Assembly: GCA_965237995.1 (NCBI GenBank)
Contig: CBDEGO010000003.1
Coordinates: 305,925 to 369,924 of the forward strand
Source: Candidatus Poriferihabitaceae bacterium
GTDB lineage: Bacteria > Pseudomonadota > Gammaproteobacteria > Arenicellales > Poriferihabitantaceae
DNA length: 64,000 nucleotides
Direction of reading: 5' to 3'
Every line of letters begins with the position of its first letter. Position 1 is the stretch's first letter. The notes beneath the pieces are model-generated. The model had not been told where the DNA came from. It made no database searches and worked only from the letters and a program-made list of their open reading frames with translations. Of this stretch, positions 9,841-21,844 are shown piece after piece. Made by a program: the position numbers and the translations under genes.

Positions 9841-10668
9841 TCATTCGAACACCACCCGCGCTTCCATTGCCAGACGCTCATCTACGATCTGCTTTTTCTG
9901 TAACGCAGCATCAGCGTCACGATAGGGGCCAAGCTTTACGGTATAAACCCCTGCTGCATCTGGGGCGGTGTGTATAAAGCCTGTAAACCCATTTTGCAAA
10001 AGGCGCCATAGCATAGCTTGTGCATTGGCAGATTGAGAATAAGTGCCGATCTGCAAATAAGTACCTTCTGCAAGCACACTGCGCACCTTCGGCGCGGTAA
10101 CAGGTTGTCGCTCTACAATGTTGGACTCACTCACTGTAGAGTTAATAGCTTGCACCTCTACCCTTGCCACTCCCGTCGCAATCACGCCCAACTTAGCGGC
10201 GGCGGCGTATGATAAGTCGATAATACGCGAGTCAGTATCTATAAATGGGCCTCGATCATTCACCCTTACAATGACACTGCGTTTGTTTTTTAAATGGGTT
10301 ACCTTGACGTAACTTGGCAACGGTAATGTACGATGCGCGGCGCTCATCGCATACATATTATAGGTTTCGCCGCTAACTGTACCTCGCCCATGAAACTCAG
10401 CGCCATACCATGAAGCCAAACCCACTTCACGGTAACCATTCGCTGAGCCAAGTGGCTGGTAGTGTGTACCAAATACCGTATAAGGGCTATTGCCACTAGC
10501 ACTTTTGGGTTCGTTCTTAGGAACAACCTCTTGGGTTGTCGCTAGACCTACTTCATTATTGGACACCGTATCTCCTGGCACATAAGTAGCCGCGTTATAA
10601 CCACTTCCACTACAAGCCGTTAACAATGCAATCAAGCATACACTCATCGCTTTCTTGTAGTAATTCAT
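9841..10668 (-). CDS. rlpA: Septal-ring lytic transglycosylase RlpA (lipoprotein with SPOR domain)
   Basis: Lipobox LLTAC. DPBB domain ASWYGAEFHGRGTVSGETY. C-terminal SPOR-like repeat. Confidence 0.9.
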   Translation of the reverse strand: MNYYKKAMSVCLIALLTACSGSGYNAATYVPGDTVSNNEVGLATTQEVVPKNEPKSASGNSPYTVFGTHYQPLGSANGYREVGLASWYGAEFHGRGTVSGETYNMYAMSAAHRTLPLPSYVKVTHLKNKRSVIVRVNDRGPFIDTDSRIIDLSYAAAAKLGVIATGVARVEVQAINSTVSESNIVERQPVTAPKVRSVLAEGTYLQIGTYSQSANAQAMLWRLLQNGFTGFIHTAPDAAGVYTVKLGPYRDADAALQKKQIVDERLAMEARVVFE

Positions 10669-10701
10669 CTTGCCCCCTTTATTGGTTGTGTTGTCATCAT
10701 A

Positions 10702-11682
10702 TTAATTTGTACTCGCCAATATTTCGTCAGACAAATCAACAATGGCCATCGCGTATTTGTTACTCGGGTTATAACGAGTAAGCGCATGGAAGTTTTTGAA
10801 GCTTACAAAATACTTCCAACGCTGCTCTTGTTTTAAGCGCATCAAATTCGCTTTGGTACTCGCGTTGTAATTAAGTTTCAATCCCACCGCTGTTAACTCG
10901 GCAATGGTATTTTGAGGCTTTGCTTTCTTCTTTAAAATGGGCAACATAGCATTGCTTACACCTTGCTGTAACCAAATACGCATTGGTTTACCTCGTTGCC
11001 ACCCGTGCATACTCAGATAATTGGCAACACTGCCTATTGCGTCGTCCACTTCGTTAACTAAGTCGCGCTTGCCATTACCATTAAAATCAACCGCATAAGC
11101 TTCATAACTACTTGGCATAAACTGTGGAATGCCTATAGCGCCAGCGTAAGAACCCTCGACATTGTTAGGCACAAGTTGTTCGGTTTTTACGATGGTTAAA
11201 AACTTGCGCAATTCTTTACCAAAAAACTTAGCTCGCCGTGGATACGCCGCGGTCAATGTTACCAATGAACGTAATACACTACGCGACCCCATGCGCGTAC
11301 CATAATAAGTTTCAACACCAATTAAAGCCGCAATAACATGAGGTGGCACACCAAAATCATCTTCTGCACGGGCCAGCGTTTGTGCATTATTCTGCATAAA
11401 GGCGACACCGGCTTTAATTCGATCAGGTCTGACAAAGATATCCCGGTATTTATACCAAGGTTTACCTTCAGCTTGGCGATCCATCAACTCTAATATTTTT
11501 TTATCAATAGTCAGTGGTTCGATCAAGTCTTGTAGTTCTTGCACGCTGTAACTACCCTCTTTCACCAATTGCTTGGCGACTTTATCTAACTGTGTAGAGG
11601 CACTCAACGGTACCGCTTGCGCGCCCGACACCACTATCAGTCCAATAAAAACCACTAAAACCTTTGACCAAATTGAACACAT
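10702..11682 (-). CDS. mltB: Lytic murein transglycosylase B
   Basis: Signal peptide. GAIGIPQFMPSSYEAYAVDFNGNGKRDL motif typical of the MltB/Slt35 family. Confidence 0.88.
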   Translation of the reverse strand: MCSIWSKVLVVFIGLIVVSGAQAVPLSASTQLDKVAKQLVKEGSYSVQELQDLIEPLTIDKKILELMDRQAEGKPWYKYRDIFVRPDRIKAGVAFMQNNAQTLARAEDDFGVPPHVIAALIGVETYYGTRMGSRSVLRSLVTLTAAYPRRAKFFGKELRKFLTIVKTEQLVPNNVEGSYAGAIGIPQFMPSSYEAYAVDFNGNGKRDLVNEVDDAIGSVANYLSMHGWQRGKPMRIWLQQGVSNAMLPILKKKAKPQNTIAELTAVGLKLNYNASTKANLMRLKQEQRWKYFVSFKNFHALTRYNPSNKYAMAIVDLSDEILASTN

Positions 11683-11760
11683 AAATATAAATAACCTTAA
11701 AAGCGAGTTGATTACACTGAATTATAGTTAATCCACCAAGCGTGTATACACTAGTTTAAA

Positions 11761-12858
11761 TTAACCACGAGTTAGTTTGCGCTCCTCAGCTGCAATACTC
11801 ATTAAGATACCAAAACCAATCATTAATGTCACAATCGAGGTGCCGCCGTAACTAATTAATGGCAAGGGTACTCCCACAACAGGCAAAATACCGGAGACCA
11901 TGCCGATATTAACAAACACATAAAATAAAAAGGTCAAGATCACGCTGCCTGCTAGCAATCGGTCATAGGTTTCTTGTGCGTAAAAGGCAATCATCACGCC
12001 GCGAATAACCAAGAACAAGTATACCGTCAATAACAGTAGCACGCCCCAGAACCCGAATTCTTCGCCGAATACGGAGAAGATAAAATCTGTGCTGCGCTCC
12101 GGGATAAACTCTAATTGGGCTTGCGACCCCGCTAGCCAGCCTTTACCAACTAATCCGCCCGAGCCAATTGCGATCATAGATTGAATGGTATGATATCCTG
12201 CACCTAGCGGGTCTTGCCACGGGTCAAATAAAGTAAGGATTCGTGACTTCTGGTACCCATGCAAGACAAAGCTCCACATCAACGGAGCCCCAACGACCAC
12301 AACGGAAAAAAGACCTAATATAAAGCGCCACCCAATCCCCGCTAAGAATATAACAACCAAACCTGCAAACGACACCAACAATGCGGTGCCTAAATCAGGC
12401 TGTACGCCAATTAAGCCTGCGGGCACACCAATAACCACAAAACATAATAAGATATGCCAGATTGTTAAAGGTAAAAAGCGCCGTGTTGCCACCCAAGCCA
12501 CCATCATTGGCACCGCTAGCTTCATTATTTCTGAAGGCTGAAAGCGCAGCACACCAAAATCTAACCAACGTTGCGCACCTTTACCAATAATGCCCATTCC
12601 CAAAACAGCAACCAGCATCACTAAGCCAACAACATATATCTGCGGCGAAATGCGTTGATAACCTGCCGTAGAAAACTGAGCAACCACCAGCATCATCAAC
12701 AATGCAATGCCGATGCGAATACTTTGCTTAACGATTAAGTTAGCATCGCCGCCGCCTGCGCTATACAACACCACCAAACTCATACCGCAAAGCACGAGAA
12801 CCCCCAAGAACAGCGGCATATCTATTTTAAATCTATAATTGGGCATTGAGCTGCTCAC
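11761..12858 (-). CDS. rodA: Rod-shape peptidoglycan glycosyltransferase RodA (SEDS family)
   Basis: 10-TM SEDS protein directly downstream of mrdA. The start may be the ATG at 12846. Confidence 0.95.
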   Translation of the reverse strand: MSSSMPNYRFKIDMPLFLGVLVLCGMSLVVLYSAGGGDANLIVKQSIRIGIALLMMLVVAQFSTAGYQRISPQIYVVGLVMLVAVLGMGIIGKGAQRWLDFGVLRFQPSEIMKLAVPMMVAWVATRRFLPLTIWHILLCFVVIGVPAGLIGVQPDLGTALLVSFAGLVVIFLAGIGWRFILGLFSVVVVGAPLMWSFVLHGYQKSRILTLFDPWQDPLGAGYHTIQSMIAIGSGGLVGKGWLAGSQAQLEFIPERSTDFIFSVFGEEFGFWGVLLLLTVYLFLVIRGVMIAFYAQETYDRLLAGSVILTFLFYVFVNIGMVSGILPVVGVPLPLISYGGTSIVTLMIGFGILMSIAAEERKLTRG

Positions 12859-14797
12859 TTACGCCGGTTTCAATTTCTAACTCAGGCTCTGGAGGTTCGC
12901 GGTCGATCAACTTTAAACGCTCTACTAGGTAGTAATCTATTACTTCTTTAGCAATAGGGGCTGCAACTCTGCTACCACTGCCTCCATGCTCTATAACAAC
13001 TGCAAGCGCTATTTTAGGGTCATCAACCGGCGCAAACGCAACAAATAGAGAATGATCTCGAAATTTCTTTTCCGTGGTCGCTTCGTCATATTTGGCTCCT
13101 TGAGCAATACTCTTTACCTGCGCAGTACCCGTCTTACCTGCGATTTGATATTCTAAATCAACCCCTAAACGTCGCGCGGTACCGCGAGGGCCGTGCACCA
13201 CATCAGTCATCGCTTTGATCACTTCTTCATACGCCGCTGTCGATATTCCATCAACAGGTTCGGGCTTTGGATAAGACACTTCAATTTGCTCACCCGTATC
13301 CGCATCTTGAATCGCGGTTAAAAAGTGCGGGGTTACCCCTTGCCCTCTGTTCGCTAGCAATGCGGTTGCGGAAGCCAATTGTAAAGGAGTAGCCAGCATA
13401 TAGCCTTGGCCAATTCCAGTAATCACCGTCTCGCCCGGATACCATGGTTGCTCTTTAACGCGCTTCTTCCACTCCCGCGATGGCATTAACGCACTCGGCT
13501 CGTTTTTGATATCTACGCCGGTGACTTCGCCAAAGCCGAAGTTAGACATATCAGCATGCAGGCGATCAATCCCTAAGCGCTTGGCAGAGCGATAAAAATA
13601 AACATCACAGGACTGAGTAATCGCATCGTGTAGGTCGACTGAACCATGTCCTGTATGCTTCCAGCAGCGGTATCTATGTTTAGAATTCGGCAATGAATAC
13701 CAACCGGGGCAAAATACCTTAGTATTTGGACTGATTCCATTTTTCATTCCGATCAAGCCAATAAAGCCTTTAATGGTGGAACCGGGCGCATATCGCCCAT
13801 TCATTGCCCTATTTAGCAGAGGCCGCCGGTCTGACTCACGCAAGGCTTGGTAGGCCTTATTGGAAATTCCATTTACGAATGGGTTGGTGTCGTATCCAGG
13901 CTCACTAACGAAAGCTAAAATACCACCCGTTTTAGGATCAATGGCAACCGCCGCGCCCTCATAGCCTCTTAACAGCTGCCTAGTTTTTTGTTGTAGCTTG
14001 GTATCGGTACTCAGATATAAGCTTTTACCCGTAATCGGCTGTTTTTGGCTTAATACTCTAACTTCACGGCCATGTGCGTTAGTTTCAATTTGTTCCGAAC
14101 CCACTTGACCGAGCAAGATAGATTCGTAATTTTCTTCAATCCCTAATTTACCAATGTAGTGGGTGCCTCCGTATGCTTTTTTATCAATATTTTTAACATC
14201 CGTATCATTGATACGACCTACATAGCCGATCACATGCCCCATTAAGTCGCCTTGCGGATAATAACGTTTCAATGCGGCTACTAAAAAAACCCCATCAAAT
14301 TTATGTTGATGCGAGGAAAAACGTCCTGCCTCCGATTCCGTTAAATTAGTTCGTAGAACTTGCCGTTCAAACGAAGGGCGAAACTTAACCAGTTTTTTAA
14401 AATGCTCTACTTCTTCAGGCGTAATGTCCAGCAGGGTTTGCAACCGCTCTATGACTGCATCCATATCCTTCACTTGACTAGGCAAAACCTCTAAGTTATA
14501 GGCCCGTTCGTTCGTTGCGAGCGGTTCTCCATTACGATCAAAAATTAAACCTCGTACCGGCGCGATGGGTTGCGTGTTGACTCTGTTATCGTTCGCTAAA
14601 TCAGCGAAGCGCTGGTATTGATCAATTTGCAAATAGTACAAACGAGCAACCAGTATTAGCAGCAAGATAAAAGTCAATAAAGTCACCATGATCAAGCGAG
14701 ATTGTACTATCGCGACCTCTCGCAACTGGTCTCGAATAGCAGGGACACCTTCAGGCTCTAAAGTGCGCGTATATTGATTCGATTGCTTAGGTTCCAT
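12833..14797 (-). CDS. mrdA: Penicillin-binding protein 2 (elongasome transpeptidase)
   Basis: N-terminal TM anchor plus STIK (SxxK), SCD and KTGTAQ motifs. mreBCD-mrdA-rodA synteny. Confidence 0.95.
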   Translation of the reverse strand: MEPKQSNQYTRTLEPEGVPAIRDQLREVAIVQSRLIMVTLLTFILLLILVARLYYLQIDQYQRFADLANDNRVNTQPIAPVRGLIFDRNGEPLATNERAYNLEVLPSQVKDMDAVIERLQTLLDITPEEVEHFKKLVKFRPSFERQVLRTNLTESEAGRFSSHQHKFDGVFLVAALKRYYPQGDLMGHVIGYVGRINDTDVKNIDKKAYGGTHYIGKLGIEENYESILLGQVGSEQIETNAHGREVRVLSQKQPITGKSLYLSTDTKLQQKTRQLLRGYEGAAVAIDPKTGGILAFVSEPGYDTNPFVNGISNKAYQALRESDRRPLLNRAMNGRYAPGSTIKGFIGLIGMKNGISPNTKVFCPGWYSLPNSKHRYRCWKHTGHGSVDLHDAITQSCDVYFYRSAKRLGIDRLHADMSNFGFGEVTGVDIKNEPSALMPSREWKKRVKEQPWYPGETVITGIGQGYMLATPLQLASATALLANRGQGVTPHFLTAIQDADTGEQIEVSYPKPEPVDGISTAAYEEVIKAMTDVVHGPRGTARRLGVDLEYQIAGKTGTAQVKSIAQGAKYDEATTEKKFRDHSLFVAFAPVDDPKIALAVVIEHGGSGSRVAAPIAKEVIDYYLVERLKLIDREPPEPELEIETGVSEQLNAQL

Positions 14798-14805
14798 GCA
14801 ATAAA

Positions 14806-15303
14806 TTACTGCGCTTTAAATGGGTCTATTCGGCTGAGAATACTCGAGACCAGCGGCCAAACTAGCGCCGTTGTGATTGCGCTCTCCCAGTAAACCGCGC
14901 GTATGGGTATATCGCTAGTCAGTTGGTTCACCCAAGCAATGATAGCGATATTGATAGACTGTAACACGACGATCATAAGCATTTGCTCGATCATGTTAAA
15001 ACGCTTAATATTTTCCGTGCTGGTGCTCACCACCGCGGCGATTAACGCTTTCCCCAGAGCATGCAAGCCAAGCAATGAAAAGCTCAAAATATCATGCGCT
15101 ATGCCGGAAAACCACCCAAAGAACACGCCTAAATGACGCGGCAGATGTAATACCCAATAGATGACGACTAACGCTATCCAGTCTGGCTTTGCATAACGCA
15201 AAAACGCTGGCAAGGGAAGTAAGGTCAGCAATATTGCTACGACAAAGCTTAAGATAATAGTTCGCCAATGCGGTAGGCGAACGGCTGCAAGAGAGGCTTT
15301 CAT
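14806..15303 (-). CDS. mreD: Rod shape-determining protein MreD
   Basis: 165-aa polytopic membrane protein. Overlaps the mreC stop by 4 nt. Confidence 0.9.
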   Translation of the reverse strand: MKASLAAVRLPHWRTIILSFVVAILLTLLPLPAFLRYAKPDWIALVVIYWVLHLPRHLGVFFGWFSGIAHDILSFSLLGLHALGKALIAAVVSTSTENIKRFNMIEQMLMIVVLQSINIAIIAWVNQLTSDIPIRAVYWESAITTALVWPLVSSILSRIDPFKAQ

Positions 15304-16175
15304 TCGCTTAGCTCTGGCGAAGCAATGTCTTCTTCAACTTCAACGGCTGTTTCGTTTTTAGACAGACGGGCCCGTAATAACAAAACTTCTTTAACACGAT
15401 CCACTTTAGAAAAAGGTCGCACTCTAACCGTCATGAACGCTGCCGCTGTCTCGGCGTCAACCTCAACCACTTCCGCTACCGGATGCCCCGGCGGGAAAAC
15501 GTCACCTAAACCAGAAGTCACTAAGATATCACCCACCTCGATATCAGCTTGCTGCGATAAAAAAGGTAACACCATTTGCTGATATTGACCTTGCCCGCGG
15601 ACAATTGTTCGTAGCCCATTGCGCAGCACTTCCACCGGCACCGCATGGCTAGAATCAGTAATCAGCGTAACCACGCTATACGCTTTACTAACAAAACTGA
15701 TTTGTCCAATGACCCCATTAGCATCGATAACCGCTTGCGAATCATATACGCCTGAATTTTTACCGCGATTAATTACATACCGTTGATCTTGAGCGCCTTT
15801 TAATTCTGCATCAACCACTCTACCTAACATCATCACCTCTTCTGGTCGGGCATGACTAGCCGACAGCAAAAGTAATAATCTGTTTTTCTCAAGCTCCAAC
15901 GCATCGTATCGTTGAACTTTTGCTTGTAAGAACTTGTGATCGAGTTGTAACTGATCGTAGCGATCAATAAGCTCACGATTAGGCCAGTAATTAGAGTAGA
16001 AACTACTTAACCTTGAGGGGATATCAAGCACCCGATAGAACGGGACATTGATGTTGGCAGCGTAATAGCGTGCTTGGTTAAAAAACGGGGTGCGATGGTC
16101 AAATATCATTAACGCAACGGTCAAAATTGACACAAATGCAAATCGATAAATCGGCGTTAAGGTATTTAAGGCCAA
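15300..16175 (-). CDS. mreC: Rod shape-determining protein MreC
   Basis: N-terminal TM, coiled coil, then beta-rich domains (GDILVTSGLGDVFPPGHPVA). Confidence 0.93.
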   Translation of the reverse strand: MALNTLTPIYRFAFVSILTVALMIFDHRTPFFNQARYYAANINVPFYRVLDIPSRLSSFYSNYWPNRELIDRYDQLQLDHKFLQAKVQRYDALELEKNRLLLLLSASHARPEEVMMLGRVVDAELKGAQDQRYVINRGKNSGVYDSQAVIDANGVIGQISFVSKAYSVVTLITDSSHAVPVEVLRNGLRTIVRGQGQYQQMVLPFLSQQADIEVGDILVTSGLGDVFPPGHPVAEVVEVDAETAAAFMTVRVRPFSKVDRVKEVLLLRARLSKNETAVEVEEDIASPELSE

Positions 16176-16340
16176 GCTGGAATTGTGAGGGTTAAATTAC
16201 GGCCGAATTATACGCGGGAAATGTTGAATTCGGGTAATTATAACGCCACTTTTAGTAGCAAAATTGCTACTTATTCATGCTAGGTAAAAATGAGGTGCGA
16301 GCACTTAGTTTTATTCAAATATCACAGCTAAATTGGTGTT

Positions 16341-17381
<1,041 letters not shown>

Positions 17382-17633
17382 TTACGTTCCAATTATTCTT
17401 TCATGCGGCCAAAACTTCATATTGAGCCGCGTTTCCCCGAGTTTAATGTCGAGCTTATGCTGCCTAAAGGTGAGGGTAATGACGGCCCGCGTTGCTGAGT
17501 CAGCTACCGATCAAGTGTTCCGATACAGTGCAACTCATTTCAGGGCGTAATTTAACATATTGATCCTGTTTTAGGCGAACAACATTAAGCTATACTAGGC
17601 TAAATTTAATCCTATATTCAGCGGAACATACCT

Positions 17634-17921
17634 GTGTCTTTCGATAACGAGCAAATTCAATCTATTGCCAAATTAGCTATGTTAAGCGTAGCGCCTGAAG
17701 AAATCGACGAAACAATCCAAAAAATGGATGGCATCATGTCGCTTATTGATCAGATGCAACAAGTCGATACAACCAATGTTGAGCCTCTATCTCACCCACA
17801 AGACCCCGTTCTTAGACTACGTAAAGATGAAATAACTGAGCAAAACCACCGCGAAGAATTTCAAGCCTTAACACCCCATGCCAAGCAGGGCCTCTTTACT
17901 GTACCCAAAGTGATTGAATAA
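17634..17921 (+). CDS. gatC: Asp/Glu-tRNA(Asn/Gln) amidotransferase subunit C
   Basis: 95 aa, GTG start, conserved LRKDE...FTVPKVIE end. gatCAB order, divergent from mreB as in pseudomonads. Confidence 0.93.
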   Translation: MSFDNEQIQSIAKLAMLSVAPEEIDETIQKMDGIMSLIDQMQQVDTTNVEPLSHPQDPVLRLRKDEITEQNHREEFQALTPHAKQGLFTVPKVIE

Positions 17922-18005
17922 CATTGTTTTGTCTTAGACTGAATCAGCCCCAATAGACCACACAACCTCAAACAGCAATAAGCGCACACCCCGCTAACAA
18001 TTTTT

Positions 18006-19478
18006 ATGTTGGACAAATCAATTAATGAACTCGCTGCAGCCCTTAGATCGGGCGCCATTAGCAGCGTAGAACTAACTCAAACCGCATTAGATAAAGCTAA
18101 GTGCGACGAACACTTAAATGCCTACATCAGTACCCAGCCAGAAATGGCCTTAGAGCAAGCTAAAGCAGCCGATAAAGCCTTAAAAATGGGTGACCACTCC
18201 AAGCTATGTGGCATTCCGATGGCACATAAAGACCTGTTCTGCACAAAAGATATATTGACCACTTGCGGGTCTAAAATGCTGGCAAACTTTGTCTCGCCTT
18301 ATAACGCCACTGTTGTTGAAAAATTGGCTGCCAGCGGCATGGTTTCAATTGGTAAAACCAATATGGACGAATTTGCCATGGGGTCAACCAACGAAAGTTC
18401 TTACTTTGGTCCTGCATTAAACCCATGGAACCCTAAACATGTTCCCGGCGGCAGTTCTGGTGGTGCAGCGGTCGCAGTCGCTTCTGGCAGCGTACCGATT
18501 GCGACAGGAACCGATACCGGTGGGTCAGTACGTCAACCCGCAGCGCTGTGCGGGTTAACCGGCATTAAGCCGACCTATGGTCGAGTATCTCGATGGGGCA
18601 TCGTGGCGTTTGCTTCTTCATTTGACCAAGCTGGCGTGCTGGCACGTAGCGCTGAGGATGCCAGCATGGTACTTGAAGCCATGAGCGGCTTTGATTTACG
18701 AGATTCAACCTCAATTGAAAAGCAGGTGATCGATTTCACCAGCCAAATTGATAACTCCTTAGCTGGCCTCACTATTGGCTTACCAAAGCAATACTTTTCC
18801 GATAGCTTAGACAGCCAAATTGCGGCGGCTATTGACGAAGCAAAAACAGCGCTTAGCAAAATCGGTGCCAAGTGCGTAGACATTGATTTACCTAATAGCG
18901 AATTAGGCATCCCTTGTTATTACGTGCTAGCCCCAGCGGAGGCATCGTCTAATTTATCTAGATATGATGGCGTGCGCTATGGGCATCGCGCGCAGGAATA
19001 TACTGACCTCGCCAGCATGTACATCAATAGCCGCAACGAAGGCTTTGGTCAGGAAGTTAAGCGTAGAATTTTAGTTGGTACCTACGCACTATCATCCGGT
19101 TACTACGATGCGTATTACATCAAAGCGCAACAACTTAGACGACTGATCGTAAACGACTTTGAAGAAGCCTTTAAACAATGCGACGTCATCTTAGGCCCAA
19201 CCACGCCGCGCACGGCTCCAAAACTTGGCCAAGTAAGCGATGACCCCGTGACAATGTACCTAGAAGACATTTATACAGTCAGTATTAATCTTGCCGGACT
19301 ACCCGCCATGTCAATCCCTGCTGGGCTTGACGACAAGGGCCTACCGATTGGCATGCAATTAATTGGGCGCTATATGGATGAGGCAACCATTTTGAACGTT
19401 GCGCATCAGTATCAACAAGCGACTGATTGGCATACTAAGCAACCCGATATCGCAACACATGGTGGAGGCGAACAATGA
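18006..19478 (+). CDS. gatA: Asp/Glu-tRNA(Asn/Gln) amidotransferase subunit A
   Basis: Amidase signature [14 protein letters not shown]...[14 protein letters not shown]. Confidence 0.97.
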   Translation: MLDKSINELAAALRSGAISSVELTQTALDKAKCDEHLNAYISTQPEMALEQAKAADKALKMGDHSKLCGIPMAHKDLFCTKDILTTCGSKMLANFVSPYNATVVEKLAASGMVSIGKTNMDEFAMGSTNESSYFGPALNPWNPKHVPGGSSGGAAVAVASGSVPIATGTDTGGSVRQPAALCGLTGIKPTYGRVSRWGIVAFASSFDQAGVLARSAEDASMVLEAMSGFDLRDSTSIEKQVIDFTSQIDNSLAGLTIGLPKQYFSDSLDSQIAAAIDEAKTALSKIGAKCVDIDLPNSELGIPCYYVLAPAEASSNLSRYDGVRYGHRAQEYTDLASMYINSRNEGFGQEVKRRILVGTYALSSGYYDAYYIKAQQLRRLIVNDFEEAFKQCDVILGPTTPRTAPKLGQVSDDPVTMYLEDIYTVSINLAGLPAMSIPAGLDDKGLPIGMQLIGRYMDEATILNVAHQYQQATDWHTKQPDIATHGGGEQ

Positions 19479-20923
19479 GTTACTTAGATCGTTGGGATGT
19501 TGTGATCGGCCTAGAAGTTCATACGCAGCTTAGCACTCAAAGCAAATTATTTTCAGGTTCTTCTACCGCTTATGGCGCAGAACCGAATACCCAAGCAAGC
19601 GCGGTAGATATCGCTTTACCGGGTGTGTTGCCTGTAATGAATAGTGAAGCGGCTAAACTTGCTATCCGCTTTGGTTTAGCTATCGGCGCACAGATAAATC
19701 AACGTTCATTATTCGAACGTAAAAATTATTTCTACCCAGACTCACCCAAAGCCTATCAAATTAGCCAATTTATCACCCCTATCGTCGGTAAAGGTACTAT
19801 CACGATAGACACACCCAATGGCGAAAAAGTAATTGGTATAACGCGGGCGCATCTTGAAGAAGACGCGGGAAAATCGATGCATGATGCGTTCACCAGTGAA
19901 ACTGGAATCGACTTGAATCGTGTTTGTACACCACTCATTGAAATCGTCTCAGAGCCTGATTTAAGCTCCTCACAAGAGGCGGTGGCTTACTTGCGAAAGC
20001 TACACACATTAGTGCGCTACATCGGAATTTCAGACGGCAACATGCAAGAAGGCTCATTTCGTTGTGACGCGAATGTCTCCTTAAAACCAAAAGGGTCTGA
20101 AACACTCGGCACACGGACCGAATTAAAGAATATCAATTCCTTCCGGTTCGTAGAACGGGCTATTGAATACGAAATTGAACGTCAGCTTGATATTTTAGAA
20201 GATGGCGGAGAAATCGTGCAAGAAACGCGGCTGTACGACGCTGATAACGACGAAACACGGTCGATGCGCAGCAAAGAAGAGGCGCATGACTATCGTTACT
20301 TCCCTGATCCAGATCTGCCACCAATGGTAATTGATGACACCGTTATTGAACAAATACAGTCCCAATTACCTGAATTGCCGGAGGCACGTATTACTCGTTT
20401 AACTTCATTAGGCTTAAGCGCAGAAGACGCTAGAATTTTAGTCAATGATCGAGCACTCGCAGACTATTTCGATGCGACTGACCAAGCAACGACCGCAAAG
20501 CCGACTATAGTTAATAATTGGCTAGTCTCTGAATTAGGGGCCTATTTAAATAAATCCAACACACTCATTGCTGATTGTCCTATTTCAGCCACCGATTTTG
20601 CGTGCTTACTTGATCGCATCGCTGACGATACCATCTCTGGAAAAATCGCTAAAGAGGTCTTAACCGCAATGTGGGATAGCGAAGGCAAGCAAAGTGCCGA
20701 TCAAATTATCGAAAGTAAGGGACTCAAGCAAATCACCGACAGTGGAGCGATTGAAGGCTTGGTAAAAGAAATTATTAATAATAACCCTGACCAGGTTAAG
20801 CAGTATTTAGATGGTGAACAAAAGGTGCTAGGCTTTTTTGTTGGTCAAGCCATGAAGGCAAGCCAAGGTAAAGCAAACCCCAAACAAGTTAACGAAATCT
20901 TGCGCGCACTACTTAATAGTTAG
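19475..20923 (+). CDS. gatB: Asp/Glu-tRNA(Asn/Gln) amidotransferase subunit B
   Basis: [13 protein letters not shown] and RCDANVSL motifs. 4-nt overlap with gatA. Confidence 0.97.
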   Translation: MSYLDRWDVVIGLEVHTQLSTQSKLFSGSSTAYGAEPNTQASAVDIALPGVLPVMNSEAAKLAIRFGLAIGAQINQRSLFERKNYFYPDSPKAYQISQFITPIVGKGTITIDTPNGEKVIGITRAHLEEDAGKSMHDAFTSETGIDLNRVCTPLIEIVSEPDLSSSQEAVAYLRKLHTLVRYIGISDGNMQEGSFRCDANVSLKPKGSETLGTRTELKNINSFRFVERAIEYEIERQLDILEDGGEIVQETRLYDADNDETRSMRSKEEAHDYRYFPDPDLPPMVIDDTVIEQIQSQLPELPEARITRLTSLGLSAEDARILVNDRALADYFDATDQATTAKPTIVNNWLVSELGAYLNKSNTLIADCPISATDFACLLDRIADDTISGKIAKEVLTAMWDSEGKQSADQIIESKGLKQITDSGAIEGLVKEIINNNPDQVKQYLDGEQKVLGFFVGQAMKASQGKANPKQVNEILRALLNS

Positions 20924-20958
20924 GTACAATCCGCCAACTCAAAATTGGCTCAAAATAC

Positions 20959-21035
20959 GCGCCCGTAGCTCAGCTGGATAGAGTACCTGGCTTCGAACCA
21001 GGTGGTCGGGAGTTCGAATCTCTCCGGGCGCGCCA
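20959..21035 (+). tRNA. tRNA-Arg (anticodon TCG)
   Basis: Acceptor stem GCGCCCG/CGGGCGC, D-arm AGCTCAGCTGGATAGAGT, anticodon stem CCTGG/CCAGG with loop CTTCGAA (TCG), T-arm GGGAG-TTCGAAT-CTCTC, encoded CCA. Backbone closely resembles E. coli tRNA-Arg. Confidence 0.93.
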
Positions 21036-21051
21036 TTTTACTTCCTAGATC

Positions 21052-21636
21052 ATGGCAACTCAAACCCTCGTACTCGCCTCTTCCTCTCCCTATCGTAAAG
21101 AGTTATTAAGTCGGCTGGGCCTGCCATTTGAGACGCATTCCCCTGATATCGATGAAAGCGCTTCAAAGCAGGAAACGCCGCAACAATTAGTGCAACGTTT
21201 AGCCGTCAATAAAGCCAAGGCGGTTGAGTCAACCTACCCCCATGCTTTGATCATCGGTTCGGATCAAGTTGCAGTTTTAGAAGGAGAGATTGTCGGCAAA
21301 CCCACTGATCATCACGGTGCCGTTAGACAATTGAGCGATGCCTCCGGCAAGCAAGTCAACTTATATACTGGATTGTGTTTATATAATGCGCGCAGCGGAA
21401 CAGTACAGCACGCGGTTGAAACTTATTCGGTGCAATTTCGTAAGTTGACGCTTGATCAGATCGAGCGCTATTTAGAACGAGATAAGCCCTATGACTGCGC
21501 GGGTAGTTTAAAATCAGAGAGTCTCGGCATTGCTCTTTTACAGTCGTTGGAAGGAAATGACCCGAATACTTTAATTGGACTGCCGCTAATTCGGTTAACG
21601 GATATGCTGTTAAAAGAAGGAGTTTCGCCCGTATAG
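21052..21636 (+). CDS. maf: Maf-like nucleoside triphosphate pyrophosphatase (YceF subfamily)
   Basis: LVLASSSPYRKELLSRLGLPF...IIGSDQV...CAGSLKSESLGIALL...DPNTLIGLPL aligns along the full length with E. coli YceF. Confidence 0.9.
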   Translation: MATQTLVLASSSPYRKELLSRLGLPFETHSPDIDESASKQETPQQLVQRLAVNKAKAVESTYPHALIIGSDQVAVLEGEIVGKPTDHHGAVRQLSDASGKQVNLYTGLCLYNARSGTVQHAVETYSVQFRKLTLDQIERYLERDKPYDCAGSLKSESLGIALLQSLEGNDPNTLIGLPLIRLTDMLLKEGVSPV

Positions 21637-21844
21637 TCTCTGCATAGTAAGCACATCAAGTTTAACTAATGACACTCATCTTAAATAGCGACCGTTAGGT
21701 TCCGAACCTAGAAAGAAATTTAACAGCACAGAGAACCCCTTTCTCATAAAAAGCCCGTTGCTTGAACAACCATACCCTCTCTGGATTTTGGCCACTTATT
21801 TCTAGCACTAGCCTTTAAAAACAGTTTTTACTATGCAAGATTAG

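Noticed and set aside
16253-16270. 7-bp hairpin AGTAGCA-AAAT-TGCTACT between mreB and mreC
   Set aside because: It is short and AT-rich with no U-tract on the coding strand. It may modulate the mreB:mreC ratio, but the evidence is too thin to annotate.
20959-21051. tRNA-Arg as a possible genomic-island integration site
   Set aside because: maf starts 16 nt after the tRNA. There is no integrase, no direct repeat of the tRNA 3' end that I could spot, and no composition shift downstream.
21637-21844. 208-bp convergent spacer between maf and hflX, examined for terminators or an sRNA
   Set aside because: I found only short stems (TAGGTT-CCG-AACCTA, GAGAA-CCCCT-TTCTC, GTTG-6 nt-CAAC before GGGCTTTTT). 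There is no convincing promoter-terminator pair, so no call is made.
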